Positions 1 to 8,377 of a stretch of DNA of 37,369 nt are shown here, piece by piece (the first letter of the stretch is position 1; every line of letters begins with the position of its first letter). Source of the DNA: Candidatus Omnitrophota bacterium (lineage in GTDB: Bacteria; Omnitrophota; Gorgyraeia; 2-02-FULL-51-18); the NCBI GenBank assembly GCA_023248025.1, contig JAHFFI010000003.1:1-37369 (forward strand), read 5' to 3'. The translations under genes were made by a program, and so were the position numbers. The notes under the pieces are model-generated. The model worked only from the letters and a program-made list of their open reading frames with translations, searched no databases and had not been told where the DNA came from.

Positions 1-40
1 GATGCAGGATGCGGAGAAGCTAAAAGAACAGTTTTGCTAG
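1..40 (+). CDS. Possible 3' end of an upstream + strand gene (partial)
   Basis: Frame 2 reads MQDAEKLKEQFC* to TAG at 38-40, overlapping the queC-like stop in a convergent CTAG arrangement. Too short to identify. Confidence 0.3.
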   Translation, partial: MQDAEKLKEQFC

Positions 41-717
41 ACGCCTGATTTACGGTATTTTGTCTTATCGAAAATACCTGCGGCAAAGAATGCTTTTTTT
101 CGTTCGACGCATTTATTACAATCACCACAGTGATCATAGCCCTTCGGATTGATGCAAGAAAAGGTCAATTCGAGGGGTAATTTTTTTCCCTTGAGGATCA
201 CCTCATCTTTTTTTAGGCGTGAGAATGGGATCTCGACCGTCAAGGGCTTCCCGAGACCTGCCGAGAGCGCCTCTGAAATCTTTTTTATAAATTTTGCCGA
301 GGCGTCGGGGAAGGGATTAGTCTTAAGCAAGCCTATTTCTATGACGGGAATACCCCGAAGCGCCGCAAAAATAGCCACCTTAGTCAAAAGAATCAGATTA
401 CGGCCCGGCAGATAGACGGCGTCATCGGTGGAATCGGCGCCGGGAACCTTACTGCCGGTAATACTCCAATGACCGGTATAAATATCACGCATGTTGAGAT
501 CCAGATATTCCGGAAGGCGGATTTTGGATGATTTCAGGCGCCATAGGAATTTTTTGAGCCAGAATATTTCTGCGTATTCCCAACGCAGGCCGTGTTTCAC
601 ATACACAGGTGTTACTTCGTCATAAGTATTCAGCGCTTCGGACAAAAGCACGGAGCTTTCGACACCGCCCGAAACCAGAACACAAACACGGCCGCCTTGG
701 CGAGAAACTTCTTCCAT
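37..717 (-). CDS. queC: 7-cyano-7-deazaguanine synthase-like protein (QueC family, divergent)
   Basis: PP-loop SGGVES (canonical SGGxDS), YLPGRN, and C-terminal Zn motif TFSC-x8-CGDCNKCVER. Confidence 0.8.
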   Translation of the reverse strand: MEEVSRQGGRVCVLVSGGVESSVLLSEALNTYDEVTPVYVKHGLRWEYAEIFWLKKFLWRLKSSKIRLPEYLDLNMRDIYTGHWSITGSKVPGADSTDDAVYLPGRNLILLTKVAIFAALRGIPVIEIGLLKTNPFPDASAKFIKKISEALSAGLGKPLTVEIPFSRLKKDEVILKGKKLPLELTFSCINPKGYDHCGDCNKCVERKKAFFAAGIFDKTKYRKSGV

Positions 718-730
718 GCAACTTCCTTGG

Positions 731-1399
731 TTATTTATTTTCTTCCTGGATGTGGTGCTTGATGTTCTTACCTTCCTCGATGAAGATCACGTCTTCCGAA
801 ATGTTCGTCGCGTGGTCAGCGATGCGCTCGAGGTTGCGGCTGACGAGAATAAGGTCAACAGCGCGGGTGATGCTTTTTGGATCTTCCATCATGTAGGTCA
901 AAAGCTCGCGGAAAATCTGGTCATTGATACGGTCCACCGCATCGTCATCTTCGCAAACCTGCTGGGCCAGCGCCGCGTCGTGCCGAACAAAGGCGTCGAG
1001 AGAATTTTTGATCATGCGCTGCGCCAAGCCCGCCATTTTTGGTATATCAATCAGAGGCTTAAGCAACGGTTCTTTTAAAAGAAAATCAGAGATCTCGGCA
1101 ATATTGACCGCCTGATCCGCTACTCGTTCGAGGTCATTATTGATCTTGAGAATAGCGGTAAGAAGTCTTAAGTCTTTCGCCGCAGGCTGTCTTAGCGCCA
1201 AAAGTTTCAGCGCCTCATCCTCAATCTCGATTTCGGCATGATTGACTTTTTTTTCAAGTTCAAGCACTTCTCGGGCGCAAGCCGGGTTCCTATCGGTAAG
1301 CGCTCGCACCGCAAGCCCCACCATTTCCTGCGCGGTGTCGGCCATATAGAGCAGCCGCTGTTTTAGATGGGTTAATTCTTCGTCGAAATGGCGTTCCAT
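731..1399 (-). CDS. phoU: Phosphate signalling protein PhoU
   Basis: Two PhoU repeats (LRQPAAKDLR, DLERVADQA, NLERIADHATNISE). Lies downstream of phoBR. Confidence 0.96.
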   Translation of the reverse strand: MERHFDEELTHLKQRLLYMADTAQEMVGLAVRALTDRNPACAREVLELEKKVNHAEIEIEDEALKLLALRQPAAKDLRLLTAILKINNDLERVADQAVNIAEISDFLLKEPLLKPLIDIPKMAGLAQRMIKNSLDAFVRHDAALAQQVCEDDDAVDRINDQIFRELLTYMMEDPKSITRAVDLILVSRNLERIADHATNISEDVIFIEEGKNIKHHIQEENK

Positions 1400-1414
1400 T
1401 GGTTTAGTATACTC

Positions 1415-1456
1415 CTCTCATCTGCCGACTGTCATCTGTATCCTGTCATCTGTCTT
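1415..1456. repeat. Degenerate heptamer tandem repeat (6 x 7 nt) between phoR and phoU
   Basis: ctctcat ctgccga ctgtcat ctgtatc ctgtcat ctgtctt. Confidence 0.7.
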
Positions 1457-2647
1457 CTAATCCACAGGCAGTATAATTGAAAAGGTGCTTCCGGCCCCCA
1501 AACGACTCCGGACTTCTATGCGCCCATTGTGGCGTTCGACAATATGTTTAGCAATGGAAAGCCCAAGACCTGAACCGCCTAATTCTCGCGAGCGGCTTTT
1601 ATCAACCCGATAAAAACGTTCGAATATTCTGTTTAAGTCCGCTTCCGGTATCCCAATGCCTGTATCGGTCACAGTGATATTCACCGTGCCTGATTTTTTT
1701 TCGATTCCCACCAGGATTTTTCCGCCGGTCGTATTGTATTTGATGGCGTTATCCAAAAGGTTCGAGAGCGCATGCTCTATCTGCTTGGCATCCGACGGAA
1801 AATGCGCCTCGTGGTCTCCAAATTTTCTAACAAGCACGATCTGTTTTTCTTTCAAGCGCTTGGCGAAAGAAGGCTCCATACGGTCAAGCAGCACGCCAAG
1901 GTCGAGCGTTTCTTTGCGAATCTCCGCGCGGCCTGATTCCACCGAAGAAAGTAAAAGAAGGTCCTCGATTAAACCATGAAGCTTTTTTGCATGATCATCA
2001 ATAATGGAAAGAAATCGTCCGCTGTTTTCCTTATCTTCCAGAGCGCCTTCTTTCAAGGTTTCCACATATCCCAAAATAGAGGTTAGCGGCGTTTTTAGCT
2101 CGTGCGAAACATTCGCCACAAACTCGGAACGCATCTCTTCCAGTTTTTTTAGCCTGGTTACGTCATGGAATACGGCAATCACTCCGAGAAACAGCTTATC
2201 GCTAAAAACGGGAGACACCTGGATCTGGAAATGCGTATCGAAAAGAAGGATTTTATGCTCCTTTCGGATCGACCTCTGCTTGTCCAGCGACTCCTGTATC
2301 ATGTCGTTGATATCCGGGTCACGGAACGCTTCCCAAAAATAGCTTCCGCGGACCATTTGAGGGTTTATTTCAAGTACACCTGCCAGCATAGAATTCATGA
2401 GTAGTATTTTCTTATCGGTATCGATGACCACAACGCCTTCTGTCATACTCTCAAGCACAGAAAGCATCCTGTTCTTTACAGCGGAAGCGGTTTGAATCTC
2501 TTCTTCATGTTTCTTCGAGGCATCGCGGGACGCGCGCGTCCACTCCAGCCAGCTCTGCTTTTTAATACGGATCCAGAATAGCGCTGCAAGATTCAACAGA
2601 AGAGACGCGGCAAGAATTACAATAAGGACGGTGTTAGGCGTCTTCAA
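1457..2647 (-). CDS. phoR: PAS-domain sensor histidine kinase PhoR
   Basis: One N-terminal TM, PAS domain, H-box FVANVSHELKTPLTSI, N box NLLDNAIKY, G boxes DTGIGI and GSGLGL. Likely start is TTG at 2647 overlapping the end of phoB (ORF track start 2695). Confidence 0.92.
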   Translation of the reverse strand: MKTPNTVLIVILAASLLLNLAALFWIRIKKQSWLEWTRASRDASKKHEEEIQTASAVKNRMLSVLESMTEGVVVIDTDKKILLMNSMLAGVLEINPQMVRGSYFWEAFRDPDINDMIQESLDKQRSIRKEHKILLFDTHFQIQVSPVFSDKLFLGVIAVFHDVTRLKKLEEMRSEFVANVSHELKTPLTSILGYVETLKEGALEDKENSGRFLSIIDDHAKKLHGLIEDLLLLSSVESGRAEIRKETLDLGVLLDRMEPSFAKRLKEKQIVLVRKFGDHEAHFPSDAKQIEHALSNLLDNAIKYNTTGGKILVGIEKKSGTVNITVTDTGIGIPEADLNRIFERFYRVDKSRSRELGGSGLGLSIAKHIVERHNGRIEVRSRLGAGSTFSIILPVD

Positions 2648-3317
2648 AACGATACCCTGAACCCCGCACCGTTTGAAGGCATTCGCGGCGGGCACCTAAT
2701 TTTTGCCGGATGCTGCGTACGTGCACGTCCACAGTCCTGTCGATCACAAAGGTCTGGGAGCCCCATGCGCCGTCCAGAAGCTTGTCACGCGAGAAAACTT
2801 TTCCTTTATTTTCCATGAGAAAAGCCAGAATATTGAATTCTATTTTTGTCAGGACAACGGGCTTATTGTCGACTTTGAGCTGCATGCGCTCTTTATCGAG
2901 GACGATGCCGTCTATGCGGATAATATTTGTTGATACGGCCGAAGTTTTCTGTCGCAGCAAGTTCTTGACCCTCGCCAGGAGCACTTTTATGCTGAACGGT
3001 TTAGGCACATAGTCAGAGGCCCCTATCTCAAGCCCCACGACCTGGTCCACTTCCGAGGACTTGGCTGTAAGCATAATGATGGGTATCGTCCGGGTTACCG
3101 GATCATTCTTTAGAAGTTTACAGACCTCGAGGCCGTCTATCCCGGGAAGCATGAGATCGAGAAGAATAAGCGCGGGTTTTTTCTGCTTAGCCAGTTCCAG
3201 GCCTTCCTCGCCCGTCTTGGCGGCTACAGTCTGGTATCCTTCTTTTTCAAGGTTATATTGGAGAAGTTTTAAAATATCTTTTTCGTCGTCAATGACGAGA
3301 ATCAGCGATTTGGCCAT
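2634..3317 (-). CDS. phoB: OmpR/PhoB-family response regulator PhoB
   Basis: Receiver domain (DDE, LLDLMLP, TAK, KPF) plus winged helix (DRTVDVHVRSIRQKL, TVRGSGY). Lies between phoR and ppx. Confidence 0.92.
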   Translation of the reverse strand: MAKSLILVIDDEKDILKLLQYNLEKEGYQTVAAKTGEEGLELAKQKKPALILLDLMLPGIDGLEVCKLLKNDPVTRTIPIIMLTAKSSEVDQVVGLEIGASDYVPKPFSIKVLLARVKNLLRQKTSAVSTNIIRIDGIVLDKERMQLKVDNKPVVLTKIEFNILAFLMENKGKVFSRDKLLDGAWGSQTFVIDRTVDVHVRSIRQKLGARRECLQTVRGSGYRFEDA

Positions 3318-4021
3318 TATTTCGGAGCTTTGACCCGACCGAGTATTTCCTTCACTTTATCCCGAATTTCGTGGTGTATCTCATCCACACCTTTACGGGC
3401 ATCCACAACTTCAAAACTGAATTCTTTTGAAAGCTTGTCGTATTCGGCAATCAGTAACGACTGGTAATTCACGAAGCTGTCGAAAAGGTCCTGCCCCATG
3501 TGCATGTCCATACCCGCTTCCCAATAATTCATGCCTCCCGTTTCGATCACACGCGGGATCAGTGTCTCAATATCCATTTTCATATAAATAACTACGTCCG
3601 GCACGAGCGCAAAGCCAAACACATCCCGTATCCATTTTTGGCTTGAATTTCTCACGACATCGCGCGCGAAAGCAGTATAAATGTACCGGTCAGCGATGAC
3701 GATGTGCCCGGATTTCAGAGCCGGGATGATCTGGTTCTCGAGCCGGTCTGCGAAGTCGGTCGCGTATAAAAGGGAAAAGGTCATGCGATCCATCATGGTC
3801 CCGGATTTGGCCATTTCGATGGATTTATGCATGAGGTTCGAGCGGGTCCACCCGGTCTCGACCACGGCGTAGCCCTGAACTTCAAGCCAATTTTTCAGAA
3901 GGTCTACCTGCGTCGATCGGCCGATACCGTCCGTGCCTTCGATGCAGATAAATTTACCCTTCAGCGTAAACGGCTTAAGATACGGTAAACCGTCGCCAAA
4001 AAACTTTGGGTCGCTTGGCAT
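3317..4021 (-). CDS. Thymidylate-kinase-like P-loop protein with variant Walker A (candidate PPK3 subunit)
   Basis: EGTDGIGRST (Lys to Arg in Walker A), LLYATDFADRL, IADRY. Paralog of the adjacent gene. Confidence 0.8.
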   Translation of the reverse strand: MPSDPKFFGDGLPYLKPFTLKGKFICIEGTDGIGRSTQVDLLKNWLEVQGYAVVETGWTRSNLMHKSIEMAKSGTMMDRMTFSLLYATDFADRLENQIIPALKSGHIVIADRYIYTAFARDVVRNSSQKWIRDVFGFALVPDVVIYMKMDIETLIPRVIETGGMNYWEAGMDMHMGQDLFDSFVNYQSLLIAEYDKLSKEFSFEVVDARKGVDEIHHEIRDKVKEILGRVKAPK

Positions 4022-4712
4022 AAATGGTCCTCTTTTTAGAATATCCTTTTAATGCGCCCTTCATAACAATCTCGCGGACGATCTCCTGCTGATCATGGAT
4101 ATCCAATTCCGCGTCAATCTGGGAAAAATTAAACTCCTCGACCATTTTTTCATACTGATCAATGATCTTCGACTGGAAGTTCTTGAAAGACGTGATGATG
4201 TCTTTATCCTTGGCCGGCTCGACATCAAGCCCTGCCTCGTGGAATTTTATCTCGGCACGACCCGAAATGATGCGGTCACAGGCGGTTTGAATAGGCACGC
4301 GAAAATAAAAGCTGATATCCGGCTTTACAGAAAAGCTATAGAGATTGCGCACCCATTGCGGATGCACACCGCGCACCACGTCTCTGGCAAAAGCCGTGTA
4401 AGCGTAGCGATCAGCCAAGACGATCATTCCGGCCTTGAGTGGAGGAATGATTTGATAGTTGAGCCTGTCTGCAAAATCCGTAGCATGCAGCAGCGAAAAA
4501 GTGGTCGGGGTTAGAAGGTTTTTCTTTTTACCCTCTTTTGTGGTCTCTTTGACAAGCTCGGAGCTGTTCCATTCAGTAAAGAATATGGAAAAACCCTGAG
4601 ATTCGAGCCATTTCTTTAGAAGTGAAATCTGGGTGCTTTTTCCCGAACCATCGACACCTTCAACGATGATGAGTTTACCCGGATATTCGTGTTTTTTATC
4701 GAAAAGTCCCAT
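3975..4712 (-). CDS. Thymidylate-kinase-like P-loop protein with intact Walker A (candidate PPK3 subunit)
   Basis: EGVDGSGKST, LLHATDFADRL, LADRY. Overlaps ppx and its paralog. Confidence 0.8.
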   Translation of the reverse strand: MGLFDKKHEYPGKLIIVEGVDGSGKSTQISLLKKWLESQGFSIFFTEWNSSELVKETTKEGKKKNLLTPTTFSLLHATDFADRLNYQIIPPLKAGMIVLADRYAYTAFARDVVRGVHPQWVRNLYSFSVKPDISFYFRVPIQTACDRIISGRAEIKFHEAGLDVEPAKDKDIITSFKNFQSKIIDQYEKMVEEFNFSQIDAELDIHDQQEIVREIVMKGALKGYSKKRTIYAKRPKVFWRRFTVS

Positions 4713-5664
4713 GGCGTGCCTTTTGGCCTATGATTGTACCATTTTTATTGATGAAATCGAGGATAATACCCTCACGGATACCGCTCGAAGAAAGCGTTAA
4801 AGAATGGGCACCCAACATCTTTAAAAGCGTTTTCACAAACACAGCCCCCGCAATAATAATGTCGAGGCGCTTGGGATCCAAGCCTCTCATTTTGATGCGC
4901 CCTCTCCAGTCGCTTTCAAGCAGTTCATGATAGACTTTTTCAAAAGTCGTAACATCCGCATGGAAAAGGTTCACGCGCCGCAGAGGAGTTTTGTATTTTT
5001 TCTCATGAACAAGGGACCCGAGGTTGATCATCGTTCCGGAAGTTCCCACTATCTCTGAGAAACCGATTTTTTTTATCTTTTTAGCGGCGCGGCCTAATTT
5101 TTTACGTATATGTATTTTGATGCGTCTAATTTCTTTTTTGAGAGGCGGGTCGTGAGAAATAAAACGGTCTGTGAGTCTCGTCACGCCAAGACGGAAGCTA
5201 TCCATAAAATACACATTCTTGTCATTTCCAAGAATAAGCTCAACACTCCCGCCGCCGATGTCGACAACAAGCGTCCGCTTATTTTTTCTCGGCATATTGT
5301 GGATGGCCGCAAGAAAAATAAGACGAGCCTCTTCCTCTCCGGTTACCACCTCGACTTTAATTCCGGTGCGTTTACGTATAGTCTCCACAAAAACACCGCC
5401 GTTCTTTGCGTCGCGGACGGCGCTGGTCGCGACCGCGACTGTCGCCTTAACCTGATATCTTTTGGCGATCTTGCGAAAACTCTCAATAACTTCTATCGCG
5501 CGGTTCATGGCCGACGCCTGAAGACGTTTGGACTTAAAGCTCCCATCGCCTAGTCTTGTCGTATCTCTTTGGTGTGTAAGGACTTCAAACGAACCATCAG
5601 ACTTGATATCTACCGCCAGCATATGAATGGAGTTAGTGCCTATGTCAAAAACAGCGATTTTCAT
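4696..5664 (-). CDS. ppx: Exopolyphosphatase Ppx/GppA family (short form, no HD domain)
   Basis: DIGTNS, ATSAVRDA, EEEARL, DIGGGSVE, GIREG motifs. Confidence 0.93.
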   Translation of the reverse strand: MKIAVFDIGTNSIHMLAVDIKSDGSFEVLTHQRDTTRLGDGSFKSKRLQASAMNRAIEVIESFRKIAKRYQVKATVAVATSAVRDAKNGGVFVETIRKRTGIKVEVVTGEEEARLIFLAAIHNMPRKNKRTLVVDIGGGSVELILGNDKNVYFMDSFRLGVTRLTDRFISHDPPLKKEIRRIKIHIRKKLGRAAKKIKKIGFSEIVGTSGTMINLGSLVHEKKYKTPLRRVNLFHADVTTFEKVYHELLESDWRGRIKMRGLDPKRLDIIIAGAVFVKTLLKMLGAHSLTLSSSGIREGIILDFINKNGTIIGQKARHGTFR

Positions 5665-5737
5665 GCCGGGTGCCTACGTTGGGTGTTGTCAAAAAAATAG
5701 TGTTCCATAATCCTATTTTAAGCGATAGGATGCTTCT

Positions 5738-6460
5738 ATGGAACTTTTAAAAAAACGCGTGCTTATCACAGGCGGCGCCAAGCGGGTCGGGCGCGTTATC
5801 GCCTTGGCTCTAGCCAAAAAAGGCGCGTCCATACTACTCCACTGCCACAACTCACTCACTGAAGCCGAAATAACCGCGTCGGAAATAAAGGCACTGGGTG
5901 TCTCCTGCGAAATCTTACAGGCCGACCTCTCCCGTGTGGACCAGATACACGCCATGACCAAAAAAATCTCGACTCCCGTTGACATACTGATTAACAGCGC
6001 TTCGGCCTTCTATAAAACTCCCATTCGAGAGGTCACCGAAAAAAACTGGGATGAACTCCTGGATGCAAACCTCAAAGGTCCTTTTTTTCTTTCGCAGGAA
6101 TTAGCTTCCCGTATGGCGAATGGAACGGGAGGCAAGATTATCAACATTGCCGATTGGAGTGGAATACGCCCTTACAAGGACTACGCCCCCTACTGCGCTT
6201 CTAAAGGTGGCCTCATCACACTGACTAAAGCGTTAGCGCGTGATTTCGCCCCCAAAGTTTCGGTCAATGCCGTCGCCCCCGGCCCCGTCATGATGCCTGA
6301 GAATTTTTCTCAAGATGAAGTTAAGGCGATTGCTAACTTGACAGCTGTCGGCCGTATAGGAACTCCGGAAGATATCGCAAATGCAGTTATTTTTCTTCTC
6401 GAAAACGACTTCATCAACGGCACCGTTTTGACTGTCGACGGCGGCCGGTCCATAGTTTAA
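5738..6460 (+). CDS. SDR oxidoreductase, pteridine reductase (FolM/PTR1)-like
   Basis: TGGAKRVG (Arg typical of pteridine reductases), NSAS, YCASK, VDGG. Adjacent to queD. Confidence 0.85.
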   Translation: MELLKKRVLITGGAKRVGRVIALALAKKGASILLHCHNSLTEAEITASEIKALGVSCEILQADLSRVDQIHAMTKKISTPVDILINSASAFYKTPIREVTEKNWDELLDANLKGPFFLSQELASRMANGTGGKIINIADWSGIRPYKDYAPYCASKGGLITLTKALARDFAPKVSVNAVAPGPVMMPENFSQDEVKAIANLTAVGRIGTPEDIANAVIFLLENDFINGTVLTVDGGRSIV

Positions 6461-6486
6461 TCAACCATCTGACAATGCCTTTAAAT

Positions 6487-6826
6487 TAACCGACGGGTCC
6501 TGCCCACTCCCGAAGAACACCCTTAGCCAGGCCCCGGACCCCGGAAGTGGTCCTTTTGGTCGACGTATGGATTTCCCCTCCGAGGAAATCCACACTCCGT
6601 TAAAGTTTGCGCGTGTGTGAAAGTGGGTTTCCATGGCGCGCAAACTTCAAAGGCGCCCCAAAGGACCACTTCCGGGGTCCTATACCATTAGCTAATGAGT
6701 GTTCTATTAAAACCCAGAGAACCCGACGGGTGGCAAAGGACGAGGTCTATTTGCCCGGAGCCGCTAATAGACGGCGAGGACAAATAGACCTCGTCCTTTG
6801 ACAGGCCCCGTCGGTTACCTGGATTA
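6487..6826. repeat. Structured intergenic repeat, copy A (two multi-stem domains)
   Basis: Perfect 21-bp stem 6536-6556/6660-6680 enclosing two hairpins, and perfect 20-bp stem 6734-6753/6781-6800. Homologous to 12112-12512. The ends 6487-6504 and 6800-6817 are imperfect inverted repeats. Confidence 0.9.
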
Positions 6827-6849
6827 ATAGATCCAAATGAAGCACTTCG

Positions 6850-6879
6850 TTGACAGTGGGATAATACAATGGCTATACT
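6850..6879 (+). promoter_or_regulatory. Putative sigma70 promoter for queD
   Basis: TTGACA-N18-TATACT, followed by an AAGGA SD and ATG at 6892. Confidence 0.55.
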
Positions 6880-6891
6880 TATAAGGAAATT

Positions 6892-7326
6892 ATGTACACC
6901 GTCACAAAACAAATTCATTTCTGCTATGGTCACCGCCTTCTGGACTATGACGGCAAATGTGCCCATCCCCACGGCCACAACGGCGTCATCGAGATTGAGC
7001 TGTCCACCAATGCCCTGGACAAGCGCGGCATGGTATACGATTTCGGAGATATCAAGGGCATCATACAGGAGTGGGTGGATAAAGCTCTCGACCACAAGAT
7101 GATTTTAAGGAAGGATGACCCGCTTGTCCTTATTTTTAGAAAAATAAAGGAGCCCTATTTCGTCATGAATGACAACCCTACGGCCGAGGCTTTGGCTAAA
7201 CTTATTTTTGATTACGCCGATTCCAAAAAACTCCCCATCTCAAAAGTGAAATTCTGGGAAACCCAGAGCTCTTTCGCCACTTACTCCGTTCCATCTCGCT
7301 CCATTTCAATAATGGGAAAAAATTAA
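6892..7326 (+). CDS. queD: 6-carboxytetrahydropterin synthase / PTPS family
   Basis: FCYGHRL, KCAHPHGHN (CxxxHGH), LDH, NPTAE, WET motifs. Confidence 0.9.
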   Translation: MYTVTKQIHFCYGHRLLDYDGKCAHPHGHNGVIEIELSTNALDKRGMVYDFGDIKGIIQEWVDKALDHKMILRKDDPLVLIFRKIKEPYFVMNDNPTAEALAKLIFDYADSKKLPISKVKFWETQSSFATYSVPSRSISIMGKN

Positions 7327-7799
7327 CCGCCGTAATGCCAAGGCGTGTCGCCCATGACAAGCGGCGCTTCGTTTTTGAGTATCTCCGCTTCAACAACTTC
7401 ACCGATCACGATAGAATGATCTCCGGCCTCAAAAATATTTTTTAATTCACATTCCAGGAAATGAGTGGCCTGCTCCAGCACCGGCGCTCCCGTTTTACCG
7501 GGATGAAAAGCAACCTCACCGAAGCGATTGCCGCTGGCGGGGGTCGGTTTAAAAAACTGTTCCAGTATTTTTTTATCGGACTTGGCCAAAAAATTAACTG
7601 AAAATACTTTTCCTTTTTCTATCATTTCCAGAGAATGCGTTCCGTGGCGAACACCCAGCATCACACGCGGAGGTTTCAACGAACACTGTGAAAGCCAGCT
7701 TCCGGTAAATGCATGAAAAGCATCTTCGTTTCTTACGCCAATGACGTATAAGCCGTACGGAATAGTGCGTAAAATCGTTTTTTTAGACGCTTCGTTCAT
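7323..7799 (-). CDS. Flavin reductase family protein
   Basis: IPYGLYVIG, S-x-KPP, FSVNFL, GAPVL, GDHSIVIGEV, terminal YGG. Confidence 0.9.
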   Translation of the reverse strand: MNEASKKTILRTIPYGLYVIGVRNEDAFHAFTGSWLSQCSLKPPRVMLGVRHGTHSLEMIEKGKVFSVNFLAKSDKKILEQFFKPTPASGNRFGEVAFHPGKTGAPVLEQATHFLECELKNIFEAGDHSIVIGEVVEAEILKNEAPLVMGDTPWHYGG

Positions 7800-8323
7800 T
7801 TGCCAAAAGCATTTTTTTGGGCCGGCTTCGTGGCAACGGCAAAGAGACCAAACAGCACGAATGAATAGAACAGGTCACCGGCGAGAGAATTTCGGAAAAA
7901 CGGAAGTGCCAGCCAGAAACATTGGCCAAGCCCTGCCCACGTTTTTGAATACATCGATTGAAATAGAAATACGCCGAGGTTCGTAACGATAAAAAATATG
8001 CTGGCGCCCGCGAGAGTTCCATAAAAAATTTTGCCCGGATTTAAATTATTTTTTATTCTTAAACCGATCAGGCTTACGAGAAAGAAACATCCCCAGGTCA
8101 AAATAAACAAATCGTGCGGACCGATCAAAATATCGCTTCCGATCATGAGTAGCAGCGGCACGGTCAATGCCAACGCGGCTGGAAACAAGCCGCCGGAAAA
8201 TAGAGCGATGGCGGTAATGGGCGTAAAATTGGATGGGTGCGGCAAAAGTCGCAGTGCCATTCCGGAGATAATCAGGAACAACGCGAACAACGTTTGCGAT
8301 CTATTTTCTGTTTTGAAGGTCAC
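7796..8323 (-). CDS. DUF6580-type membrane protein (ECF S-component-like putative transporter)
   Basis: RLLPHPSNFTPITAIALFSG, FFIVTNLGV, ALPFFRNSLAGD; about 5-6 TM segments. Confidence 0.75.
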   Translation of the reverse strand: MTFKTENRSQTLFALFLIISGMALRLLPHPSNFTPITAIALFSGGLFPAALALTVPLLLMIGSDILIGPHDLFILTWGCFFLVSLIGLRIKNNLNPGKIFYGTLAGASIFFIVTNLGVFLFQSMYSKTWAGLGQCFWLALPFFRNSLAGDLFYSFVLFGLFAVATKPAQKNAFGK

Positions 8324-8343
8324 GCTGTCTCCTGTTTGCCCGT

Positions 8344-8372
8344 ATTATAAGGCTTTTGTACGTTTTCGTCTA
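8344..8372 (-). promoter_or_regulatory. Putative sigma70 promoter for the DUF6580/flavin reductase pair
   Basis: TAGACG-N17-TATAAT on the minus strand, then an AGGAG SD before GTG at 8323. Confidence 0.6.
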
Positions 8373-8377
8373 CGGTC

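Noticed and set aside
3317-4712. Assigning the gene symbol tmk
   Set aside because: The tandem paralogy, altered Walker A and ppx/pho context argue against a plain dTMP kinase.
5665-5737. Canonical pho box upstream of the ppx operon
   Set aside because: Only a single TTGTCA-like half-site is visible, with no 11-bp-period repeat.
6461-6801. ORFs 6461-6643, 6607-6801 and their look-alikes at 12053-12507 (shared MRAMETHFHTRAN / VYLPGAANRR peptides)
   Set aside because: The similarity comes from the DNA repeat. Frames, lengths and stops differ between copies, and substitutions follow base pairing rather than codons.
37-7326. queC/queD as a 7-deazaguanine DNA-modification (dpd) or QatABCD defence island
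   Set aside because: No dpdA/tgt-like, TatD, KAP ATPase or nuclease genes are nearby, and the context is housekeeping.
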